From Piromyces finnis finn (taxonomy: Eukaryota > Fungi > Neocallimastigomycota), in the NCBI GenBank assembly GCA_002104945.1, contig MCFH01000020.1, forward strand, positions 496,001-560,000: a stretch of 64,000 nucleotides of DNA. Reading direction: 5' to 3'. Under the pieces are notes generated by a model. That model was not told the DNA's origin. It saw only the letters and a program-made list of their open reading frames with translations, and did no database searches. The stretch's first letter is position 1. Every line of letters starts with the position of its first letter. Both the position numbers and the translations under genes were made by a program. Below are positions 20,101 to 33,386 of the stretch, one piece after another.

Positions 20101-23100
20101 ATTTAAAGTAATAAACTGTAATAAAATAAGCAATGTAATGAAAGTAAATACAACAAAAATATTATAATAAAATAATTTTCTATTAGCTTTATATAAGGAT
20201 TCTATTTTTGAAATTAAAATATATATGATAAATAATAATTTAGTATAAAGTTAGGAATATAAAAAATATAAAAATAGTTAATGTTGAATATTATAAAAAA
20301 CGAGAATATATCTACCTTTTAATCCTTTAACGGCATCTTCAGAATTTTTATATCTTATTTTGTAGGAGGATATCATTAAATCCTTTTCATGACATGGAAT
20401 ACATTTAGAATCAATATATGTACTTGCATTAACCGTATTTATTTCAGTTGTACTTGTGGACTGATTAATACCACGAGTATTAATCATCATATTTTCATAA
20501 CTATTATTATTCATATTATTCTTTTTATCATTTACATTATTTTTAGATGGTCTAATGGATGAGATAGGCGGTAAATTGGAATTATTTTGATAATTATATT
20601 TTTTATTTAGACTTGAACTAAAATGATTTAATTCAATAGTATTTTTATTATAGCTTTGTCCAGGTAAAATATGTAAATCTAAAGCCATTAATAAATCAGT
20701 AGTATCAGAGAGTGGGTAACTATTAAGAAGAATATCTGAATCCAAAATTTCAAGAGCAGTGGGTCTTTCCATTGGATCCGGATGCAATAAACTTTTTATT
20801 AATAAAAACTATTTGAAAAAAAAAAAGTTAATATTTTTAATATCTATAACATTAATAATATTTATTTATCCGTATACATTCATATTTTGAATAATGCTAA
20901 ATGTATTAATATAATAAAATTAATACTTACTTCTCTTGGCCATGTTTTGATGAATTTGTCTGAAAATTTACCTTGACGAATATCCATTAAAGTTTTTACC
21001 CTTTCCATACCTGTAGAAAATGGACATAGCATTTCAAATAAAAGAATACCCAAGGAATAAATATCAGTTTTATTGTCATAACAGCGATTTTCAGATAATT
21101 GTTCTGGAGAAGCATACAAATAAGTTCCAGCACCCATTAATTCATCATCTTCTTGTTCGAAATAACTTGAGTCTGTTACAATTTTTTTGGCTAAACCAAA
21201 ATCACCAATTAATATATGGTGATCCTCTTGTAAGAAAACTAGATTTTTACATTATAATATAATAGTATATTGATAGAAATGTTTTTTTATATATGAATGA
21301 AAATTTTTATATTTTTAGTTATGAAATTAATAAAAGTTAATTTCAAAAATTATTATGATATAATTATAATGATAAAAACTATTGAATATTTACTATTTGC
21401 TGGTTTAATATCACAATGAATAAAACCATTCCAATGAATATGAGCTAAACCTTGAACAATTTGTTTAAAAATCTTTATTACAATTTTACGATCAATCATA
21501 GGTTTAAAAGAGGTGTTTCTTTCTTCTAACCAAGCCTGTAATGTTTTTCCAGATACAAATTCCATTTGAATTAATAAAACCGAGCAGAGTTTTTTGGATG
21601 AATCCTCATTTTTTTGTTTCTTATAAAAATCAGGAGTAGTGACTTCATTTTGCTTATTACTACTTTCATATGGTTCTTTATATGAGATGGATTTTGTTAA
21701 TGTGTTTTGGAAGGTATTATCAAATACTGAAGAGAAGTGATCTTGTTCACGGGAATATTGATATGAATTATGAAAAGTAAATTCTGAAGTAGTCGTGGTT
21801 TTATTAATAATTGATGGATTATCAAATGTTCCAAAATTATTCTTTTTATATGATTCATTAAAAAAGAGGGAACTTTCAGTAATATTGATTCCAGTTGAAA
21901 AAAAAGAGGAAGAAATATTATTCTTTTTCTTTTTATCAATTAATCTTGTTCTACTATTTTCATCAAAACTACTAGATAAAATGTATTCTTTTTTCATAGG
22001 ATTTATTTCTTTTTTTGATGTATTATTGAGAATACTTTCCGTATCTTTATTGAATGTTATAGAAGAAGGAATAGTTTTAGTATAAAAATTAGATAATATT
22101 GAAGTACTATCACTACAATTACTACTACTATTATAATTTTCTTCAATAACTGAAAGCGTAGGAGAATTTATCGAACGATATTTTTTAATTGAATTTATCA
22201 CTGATAAACCTCCAGTGTCGAAGTAATTAGTATTATTATTAGTATTATTTGTTGTCAAATTATTTATATTTTTGAAAGATGGGTTTTTATTATCATATTT
22301 TGAATAATTTCTATTTCTCTTCTTTAAAGTATGCTTTAATAAGCCTTTAGTATATAAAATGATTAAATATTAATGATATTAATGATATATACTCCAAATT
22401 TATTTATATTTATGTATTAATATTAATAAAATTTGCTCTTACTGTTATTTTTCCTTGCAGACTTTCTTTTTTTTGAAATTTTATTAGATTTTAATTTTTT
22501 ATTTATTATTTCCGAAGTAATAGATGAATTTGAATTCGAATTATTTAGTACATATGATAATGATTTATCATTATTAGTCTTGGGTTCTTCAAATAAAATT
22601 ACAAAAGAATCTTCATTTTCTGTAGCAGAAGTTTTATCTGAAAAATACAATAAAAATTTTTATAAATATTTTATAAGATATAAGAATTTATATGTTTAAA
22701 ATTATATATTAATGCCAATAATAATAAAAAAAATAATGTACCATTTAATTCTAGTTTTGGTTGTTGAATTTCTTGGCTTAATTTTGAAAAATTTTTAGTT
22801 CCATTTATTTTTTCATATCCTTGATGAATAAAACTAAGTTCATCCTGACTAGTAATACTATTATCAATATCTATATGAATATCATGACTCTTACCTTCAA
22901 AAACAATTTCAATATCATCATTTTCTTTTAAATAAGAAATATGACTTGTATCAATATCTGAAGTTATATCTTGACTAAATTCATTATCATTGCTTTCATT
23001 ATCTGTATCGTTATCACTTTCATTAATTATTTCAATATTATCATTTTTATTAAAATTATTTAAGTTATCATTATCATAATCACTATCATTATCGCTGTCA

Positions 23101-23408
23101 TTTTCACTACTACTATTATTTTTAATAATGGAATTTTCATTGTCAAACTGATCACTAGATAAATCTGAATCATTATATTCATCAGAATCAGAATCACTAT
23201 CATCAGTAATTTCTAATGCTTCAATCCATGCACCATGATATCTTACAATATTTGGATGATTAGATATTCTAGCAAAGGTTTTTACCTCTTGAATAATACG
23301 AATATCCTTAGTAGATAAAGTATTAATAGGAAATTTGGAGGTAGCATCACTTAAACTAGTTGACGCCGACATATATCTATGATGACAAGCTCGATGTGGT
23401 ATAGTTTT

Positions 23409-23452
<44 letters not shown>

Positions 23453-24935
23453 CATTAATTATATTAGAATTTATATTATTATATGTAGTTTGTAACGACG
23501 TATTTATATTTAAATTTTTATTAGTTTTATTAGTATTACTTGTATGAGTTGTAACACTATCTTTATTAATTATATGATTTAATTCATCTTGATCCGATGA
23601 TAATGGTAAACCATTTTTAGGTAAGCTAGTATGAGAAAGTGGAGCATCAAAAAACTTGGAATTCATTACACATTCCATAGTATTTTTAGGATCACATTGA
23701 AGTTTAATCTTTTTTATTGCATAAAATTGACCATCAAGCTTATTTCTAACTTGAAATACTGAACCAAAGCCACCTTTTCCTAATTTTGTAATTTCTTCAA
23801 ATTCATTTTGATATCTTGAATAAGTTGTTTTACTAAATGATTCTCCATAATTTTCTTCATTATTGTGAAAGTGTTGTTTTAAAGGTGAAATATAAAATGA
23901 AAAATTTTGAATAGACGATGGAATATATGCAGGAATAACCTCAATTTTTTCTTTCTTAATAGGAATTGAAGTAGATGGCTTGAAAGAGTTTATTGAAGAT
24001 AAATATTTTGAAGGAGTTTCACCATTAATTTCATCGTATTTCTCCTCATCTTGATATATCATTGTTTTCTCTCTAAAAATACTTTGGCTTGTTTCATCTT
24101 TTATTTGATCATTTTCCCAACTAGATACATTTTCATCGAAGCTTTTATTATTGGAAATTGATTCATTTTTTTTATTAATATTTTTATCTTTAATTTTAGT
24201 GTTTGAAAAGCTTGTTTCATAATTTTCCAGTTGCCTGTTACTTTTCTTAAGACTTATATTATTCTCGTTTCTTCCTTTATTAGATAAAAAATTCAATTCA
24301 GGATTGGCATTAAATAAAGGATTATTTTCCAAATTTAAAGACTGTGTTCTTTTCAAATGAGCATAATTATCTCCATCAAAAAATTTAGTTTTTACTGGTT
24401 CATTGGATTTTAACTGAGAGATAATAAAACTTGTTGAAAAGATTATAAGATAAGTTTTTTTATTTTTTACAAGAAAATCTCTTGAAAAATTACTAATTAA
24501 AATGTTTGCTGGAAACGTTTTACCATCCTTTTTAAGTCCATAAACGAAATGTGTGGTATCTAATATAGAAGAAGGATCTATTCTTAATTGATTAGATATT
24601 TGGTTTCTATAACTATCTGTTAATAAAATATCAAAAGTCTTCTTTTCAATCTAAATTACAAATATAAAATAAATATAATATAATATAAATATACTTATTA
24701 TACTCCTAACTTTGTTTTGAAATTAATTATACACTATACATACTAGTTCATTATCTGTCCAACCGAAAAGCCTTGAAGCTTTTGAATTAATTTTTAATAT
24801 AACACCATTTTTATCACAAATTGTTATTGCTTCTGGTATTGAATTTAATGTATCAGAAACTAATTTATTCACAATTGAATTTGAGGATCTAAAAGTATTA
24901 ATGGTATTTTCATTTTTTATATTTGATAATAACAT
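20095..24935 (-). CDS. eIF2-alpha kinase (HRI-like) with N-terminal PAS domain and C-terminal transmembrane tail (1384 aa)
   Basis: 7 exons (24935-24744, 24650-22742, 22637-22443, 22344-21394, 21238-20931, 20808-20316, 20201-20095) total 4155 nt in frame with GT-AG ends. Kinase motifs RYQNEFEEITKLGKGGFGSV, YAIKKI, EVKTFARISNHPNIVRYHGAWIE, LLIQMEF, HCDIKPAN, IGDFGLAK, GTYLYASPEQL, DIYSLGILLFEM and FSTGMERVKTL. Confidence 0.9.
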
Positions 24936-27069
24936 TAATTTAAAAAAAAAAAAAAAAAAAATCTTTTGATATAGTTATCCTTTAAAAAAATTTATTATAA
25001 CTCCAATAATTATAATAAATATTTGTTTTATTGGTTGTTTTAGAAATATTTAAACTTAATAATTTTTTTTTTTTTTTACTTTTTATATTTTCTAATTTTT
25101 ATGTTATTTAAAAATATAAGTTTTATATTTTATTAGTAATTATTAAAATTTAGTATTTTATTGTTGAATTTAATTGTTTGTTTGTTCGTTTTTTATTTTT
25201 AATATTTTATTATGTATATTTATATATTCTTAAAAATAATAAATATCAATAAGAAAATATATTTCACAATAAATAATAAAAGGTATATCTTTTTTTTTTT
25301 TCTATTAATGATTATTATTTTATTATGAGTATACAATATTTGAATGTTTATATACAATACTTTTTTGTTTATTTTTTATATAATATAATAATATTTATAT
25401 ATTATAAAATAAAAAAATATATTAAGTTTATCCATAAATGTTGTTGTTTTATTACTCTTATAATATGTAATATTTAAATTATTTTTTTAAGATAAGAATA
25501 TCGAAATAACAATATAAAATAAAACTGATAATAATAATGTACTATTTTATTAACATATTATAAAATTAATTCATACTATTATTATATAAGTTTTATTTAT
25601 ATTATTTTATTCTTCTAATTGTTGCTGTTTTATTGCTCTTATTATTTTGCTGTTGTAATTATTAAGTGTAACTATTTTATTTGTTTAATTATATTATATT
25701 CATATAACAAAATATAATTGTTACTATTTAAATATAATTATTGATAGTAAATTTCTTTTGAATTAAAATAATTCAAAATTGTTAAAAAATTATTTTATAT
25801 TTTATTTTAATATATAATATTTATTTATTTAAAAAAAAAAAAAGTGAATATATAATCATTTCTTTTTTTTAAAAAAAAAAAAAAATCAATTAATCATTGA
25901 ATAAAATATTATAAATATATTTCAAATAGAAAATTATTGACTGGTATAAATATTAAAATAAAATATAATATTGGATTTTAACTCCTTTATATATATATAT
26001 ATGTTATATACTTGCTTATGTTTTCTATTATTATTTATTCTATGATTTGATATCATTAATAAAAAGTGCTTAAAAATATAAACTCTTTCATTTTTTTAAT
26101 AAAGAAAGTTCAATGGTGGTATATGTATCTTTTTTTTTTTAATATTAAAAATAAAGGGAAAAAAAAAAGAAAAGAAAAATAAAAAATAAAAATAAAGAAA
26201 AAAAGTTATATGTATGAATATAGTATTAATTTAAGTAAAATAATAATACTATATTAAATGAAATAATAAAAACAAACGTCTCAAATTTAATATTTTAAAA
26301 AAGAAAAGGAATATATTTAATTATTATTAAATTTATATATTACAAAAAATAAAATATAAAATTTAAATATAAAAAAAATAAATTAATAATTTAATTCAAT
26401 AATAATAAAATTAAAACTTAATTACTATTGTAAAATAATAATTATTATTTATTTAAAAGAAAAAGGAAAGGTTTAGGAAAAAAAAAAAGGTAAAATAAAA
26501 TATAAAAAAGAAAAAAAAAAAAGATTATTTTTTCAATTAATTCAAATTAATATTTTAGTATTAAAATTTAAAATGTAAAATATATATATATTTAAAATTT
26601 TAAAATTTAATTAAAAATACTTGTCATACAATAAAAAAAAAGTTTATCAATATATATTATAAATAATTTTAAAAAAAAGTACTGCGTTTTTTTTTTTTTT
26701 TTTTTATTTTATTTTTTTATCAATATTTTAATAGTAATGATTATAAATATAAATGAAAAGCTAATACAAAAAAAAAAAAAAGAACATGTATGTTAATGAA
26801 AAAGGAAAAATTAAAATTTGAAAAATATGAATTTTTAAATAATCTATAAATTTAATATTTAAGAAATGAGACTTTAATATATTAATTAAAAAAAATAAAA
26901 AATAAAAAAATCTAGATTTTAGATCTTTTTAAACAAAAAATGAATGTTAATATTTAAATAATGGATATCAAATTTTAGTTAGAAATAAGTTAAGCAGAAG
27001 TATGAATAACTTATGAATATAAATTCTTGATAAAGAAATATTATGATATATTTTATACATAATTTATTA

Positions 27070-27100
<31 letters not shown>

Positions 27101-28877
27101 GATTTTTAATCTAAATACTTTTTATGATAACTAAAAATAAATATTCAATTTCCTGATAAAAAATTAAAGTTTATAATTTCTAATTTTGGATAAATATAAA
27201 TTAGTAATGTTAATAATAAATGGCTACAAAATAGAAATGAAGCAAAACTATAATAAATGAAGACATTATTCTAATTATTATAATATTTAGCTGGACTAAA
27301 AAAATTTATTATTATCATTATGAAAAAAGTGTGATTAAAAATATATAGAATTTCATTATATTGATTATAAAATATATAATTAATATAATATACATAATAA
27401 TATGAAAAATCACAAAACCATCTTTTATTAAATAGAATAATACATAAAATATAAAACTGATGTTAAATATATATAAATATACTTTATTAAAATCATTCAT
27501 TTTACATGATTTCTTTGAAATGGATGAATAGAAATATATTAGGACACGAACTATTCATGTAGTATCGAAATATCCATAATATATAATATGAAGATTTCTT
27601 GTCCATCCCAATATCAAAAGACCTAACTGAATAATAATCATTCCATTATTTTTTTATTTAAAAAAAAACACCCACTCACCACTCCTATTTATTTATTTTA
27701 TTTATCATATTACCTTTAAAAATTTATATATATAATAATTTATATCCACTTTTTACATTCTACAACATTAATTAAAATGTTATAGATCATTTTAATTAAA
27801 ATTTAACCACATGACATGTAATTTATTATATTACCATATTTGGTTAAAAAATTAATTAAAATATATTTAATTGATTATGTATAAAAATTACATTTTATAA
27901 TTTTATGTATAAAAAATTATGTATAAAAAATGATATACTTTTAATTACTTCTTTTTATTTATAATTATTAATATTATTATATTTCTAATATATATATAAA
28001 AAGTATTAGCTTGAAATAAAATAATTATATAATATTGAAAAGATAATTTTATTATAAAGCAATAGTAATATAGTATTAGTTTTAAATAATATTAACAATT
28101 TAATAATGCTTTAATTTACTTTATATACTTTATCATATTCAATAAATTCTTTTTATTCTATGAATATCATTTTTCTATTCTAAATTTAAAATAAAAACTA
28201 ATATTTGTAATCACTATTCCACTATATTTTTATTTCATTAAAATATATATAAATTTATAAAATTTTAAAAAAAATACTCTTTGGAATTGTAATTTAAAAT
28301 TAAAAATATCATTTAATATAACGTATACAATTAAAGATTAGCATAAATATATTTTATAATAAATTATATTTTATATATTTTTATAAAACAATTTTGTATA
28401 CATTCAGAACTGAAAAATAAAAATTAAAAAATTAAAATAATATCTTTAAATTTATCAAAGGTTACTATATAAAGATATAAAATAAAGAGTTACTATAAAA
28501 GTAATGATAATAATAATGATAATATAGTTATAATATTATTATTATAATTATTATTATTATGTATTTATTATTTATATCCATTATACTTTTTTGTTAATTC
28601 CTTTTATTTTTATCATTTTATTATATTAAAAAAAAAAAAGAGAAATTGAATTTTCCAAAGACTATAAAATACACATAATAAGAATTTTGAATTATTATTT
28701 GCCCAAAGTAAACATTAATTATATATATACATATATAAATTCTCGGGAAAAAAAAAAGCTTTTATATAATATATACAATTTTATCTAAAGTATTATAAAT
28801 TTAAAAATAAGTATATAAGATTGTCATATATTCCTTCGACCATATATAAAATTAAAAATATTAAATTATGTTTAAAC

Positions 28878-31800
28878 ATGGAAGAAAAGCAGTATGTATA
28901 TTTAAAGAATTACTAATAATGTTTTTCAGTTTTTAAATGAAACAATATTATATGTTTTAAAATAATTTTGACAAGAAATTAAATACTTTAATAAAATGAT
29001 TATTAATATAATAACAATGAATATATATAAAATTATTTTTATATAGAACTTCTGAATCTTTAAATGAATTTATTGAAGGTATGTTATTAAAAAAAATAAA
29101 GTAAAAAATAAAAGAAGAAAAGAAGAAAATTTTTATACAAATTTAAATAAATCTTTATATTTTTTATATTATCCATTTATATAATTATTTCTTCATGACT
29201 CATGGCTAATAATATTATACATTATTAATTTGAAGCATCAAAATTAGAATTTATTAATTTTGATATAATAAAAGAAAAAATTCAGTCTTTTAAACAAAAA
29301 GACTCATTTAAAGGCTTAAAGGAATATTTTTATTCAATATGGTCAAGTTCTGCCTTACTTAAAAATAGTTTTATTCAAGTTAGTATTCAGAATTAAAAGG
29401 AAAAAATAATGTAATTAGTATTAAATAATATAACATATGCTTTTATTTTATTAAAAATTAGACGGAACCTCAATTAAGAGAATATTGTCCAATTGATACC
29501 AACCAAGTCATTAAAACATACAATTATATAAAGGAAGAAGTAATTATTAGAAAAAAATAATTATATCTATATTATATCTATCATACATATTGAATAAATA
29601 TAAAGATATTAAATATACTATATATAATAATAATAATAAAAAAAGTGTACAAAAGAATCAAGTGACGGTGTATTGTTCGGATTATCATCTCTTTTAGAAA
29701 AATATTCAGGAAAAGCACATACTATGACAGACGGGGATATGAATGTCTTAATGATTATAGCTATGGTTAGTTTATACCAAAATAGAAAATGTTATAACAA
29801 AAAAATTAAAAAACTATAAAACAAATATTTATAAACTTTATAAACACTAATTTTAAATAAATAATAAATTAATAATCTAAAGAATCCAATTTTGATGGAT
29901 CCAACTAATGGGTTATTATTAATGCCACAAATAAGTCAAATTATAACAGCATTACAACAAGATAAATTAGATACGTTTTTAAAATATTTAGTAGCACCAA
30001 GATGTGTGGAACAATTAGTTAATAAAACAGAAACCGACCGTATATACAAATTACCTCCACATATTACACCTGAAGAATTTACAAGAATTGTAAATTATTT
30101 CCAACAATTCATTACTGTTAGAACACTTACAAAACATCAAGAAATTAATTTAAATAAGGATGAATCCATAATAGCAGGAACAAAATGTTTAAACCTTTTA
30201 TGTAAATATTAAATCAATAATATTAATATATATGGATATAGAAATATTAAGAATAGCATATATTATATATACTAAGAATATTCATACTGATGATAATTAA
30301 ATTTGTATTATAATATATATTTATAATATCATGATATCTTATTAATATTCTCATTTACTATCCTAATTAAATTTCTAATGGGGAAAATAAAAAAAAAAAA
30401 AAAAAAAAAAAAAATTAAAATCAAATATATAAATAATAAAGATAAAATAAATGAGAAATATAAACTTGTGCCATATACCGAATTTTATAATGATGAAATT
30501 AATGAACAATTAGAAATCAAAGAAGATTATCCATGTTGGAAAGCAAAAGAGTATTGATAATAATAAATTAAGTATAAATGAAAGCCAATAATTGATTATT
30601 AATGAAAATATTATTACATAATTATAATGATTTAAAAAAGATTTTCATTCTGTAGTTATCCATTTATTTTAAATCCTTTAACAAAAAGTGATATTTTAAA
30701 AGTTGAAAGGTATTGTATATGGACTTTGTAAATAAGAATTATATACAGATTTTTCAAATCTGGATATTTCATAATTATTATTATTATCGTTAACAGTATC
30801 TCTTGTAACTTTAATTTTTTTTCTAATAATAGCATGGTCTCAATGAGACATGAATTACAGGTATAAAATATTCATATAATAATATATTAATATTTATAAT
30901 AACTATTATATATATGATATATATGAATATATGTTTATACAAATTCAAAGGATGCATTTTTTAGCGCAATGTTTTCAGGCATAACAAGTCCATATTTAGT
31001 ATTGGAAGTTAGAAGAGATCATCTTATTAGAGATGTTTTATATGGGGTAATAACATGTAATAATGATAATAGCAAAATAAATGAAATAATAAATATAATT
31101 AAAATAAAATATTTTTTTATATTATATTTTTATTTTTCAATGATAACAGTTGGAAGATCAATCACCTCATGATTTAAAAAAACAATTAAGGGTTCAATTT
31201 ATAGGAGAAGAGGGTATTGATGAAGGGGGTGTACAGAAAGAATTCTTTCAACTTTGTATAAAAGAATTATTTGACCCTATGTATGGTAAAATAATAAATT
31301 TCATCAATTAATAATTTTTCAAAATTTAAAAAAGATATTTGAATTAATTTTTGATATATTAAATTGATATCTTTTTCTTTTGTTATTAATATATCTAAAT
31401 AATTTTAAATGTTGTTTAACATAAAGGGATGTTTAAATTTAATGATGAATCTAATTTATGTTGGTTTACTAATGATCCAGCAAAAGATAATACAATGTTT
31501 TTGGAATATAAACTAATTGGTAGATTAATTGGTGTTGCAATATATAATTCAGTTATTCTTGATTTACATTTCCCTCTTGCACTATATAAAAAATTAAGAG
31601 GTATTAAAGTTGATTTAGAAGATATTAAAGAGCTAGATCCTGTAAATATTCCATTGCCAAATAAAATTCATAAATATAAATATAAAATATAAAATAATGA
31701 CTTTTAAAATTTTTCAAAAATAAATAATTAGATGTTATATGTCGGTTTAAGAAAAACTTTGACAGATGAAAGTAAGTATAAATTGTTTTATTTAACTCCG

Positions 31801-33021
31801 CTCTTACCATGTTATTATTTATTATTTCTTTTTATATATAATGAAAATAACATCATATGTAAAATAATTAAATAACATAGATGTTGAAAGCTACGAGCAA
31901 TCATTCCAAATTCAAATTGATAATAATTACGGAGGCTCAGTAACTGTAGATCTAAAACCAAATGGAGAAAATATAAAATTAAAAAAAGAGAACAGAGAAG
32001 GTATATTTAATTAATTATAGTCAAAATTATTTTATTAATTATAATAAAATACATTGTATTTTTTATAAAATTACTAAACTTATTCTTTATTATTTTAAAA
32101 AAAAATATTAAATTATATAATAATATTTAAATAAAATGATGATAGAATTTGTTGATCTTTATGTAGATTATTTATTAAATTCATCAATTAGTAAACAATT
32201 TAATGCTTTTAAAGAAGGTTTTGATTCCGTAGTAGAAGGAAGTGCAATTGAAGTATATTCTTTAAAATTTTTTATTTTTCTCTTTTTTAAATTTTAGATA
32301 TATGAAATCTTAAATATAAAATATTTTTTTGTAAATACCAATATAATAGATATTTAGACCAGAAGAGTTAGAGCAATTAGTTTGTGGTAGCCAAGATATA
32401 GATATAGATGTACTTGAGTCGGTAACACTATATGATGGATTTACAAAAGAATCTGAATGTGTCAAGTAAATATTAATATCCTTTTAATTTATTAATTAAA
32501 TAAATTCATAATAATAATAACAAAACAGCATTAATATGCTAATAATCTAAAAAAATATATATTATTAAAATAATACTTTAAAAAGAAACTTTTGGTCCAT
32601 TGTTCAGTATGTATTAATTAATAAAAATTACTTATTTTTAAATGTCTTTATCACTAATAAATGTAAAATTTTATTTAAAATATTAATAGTGAATTTGATG
32701 AAATACAAAAGAAAAGGTTATTATTCTTTACTACAGGTACAGATCGTGTTCCTTTAGGTGGTACATCAAAAATGCAATTTATTATAGCAAGAAATGGACC
32801 GGATAGTGATAGACTACCATCAGCCCATACTTGTTTTAGCGTAAATATTAAAAATTATAACATTATCAATACAATAAATATGTAAATATTTTAGAATTTT
32901 AATTTATAAATTATATTTATAATAGGTTTTATTATTAAATGACTATGCTACTAGAGAAAAACTAAAAGAAAGATTATTAACTGCTTTAAAAAATGCAGAT
33001 TGTGGGTTTTTCCTTGGATAG
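28878..33021 (+). CDS. HECT E3 ubiquitin ligase (UBE3A/HERC4/Hul4-like)
   Basis: [79 protein letters not shown] and catalytic RLPSAHTCF; ends GFFLG* at 33021. The start (ATG 28878, 14-nt first exon) is less certain. Confidence 0.9.
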
Positions 33022-33386
33022 ATTATTAATTATTAGCATTAAACTAAAATATACTCATTTTTGATTTATAAAAAAAAATGGAATAATATACATTATATAC
33101 ATTATAGACTATAATTTTTTTTATCATATTATATTATCAAATAATATAAATTTTTTTTCATAAATAATATTGTCTAATAGAAATATACTAAATATTAAAA
33201 TTATAAGCAAAGAATATTAAAAAATATTATGTATAGATATTTATTAATAATATTGTTTGTTATTATTGGTACTATTTAACTAAATATTATTATATTTTTA
33301 AATTATTTAAATAATAAAATAATAGTAATATACAATAAAATAACAATTTTGAAAATTTTTTTATTTTCTTTATTATTTTACAAAAA

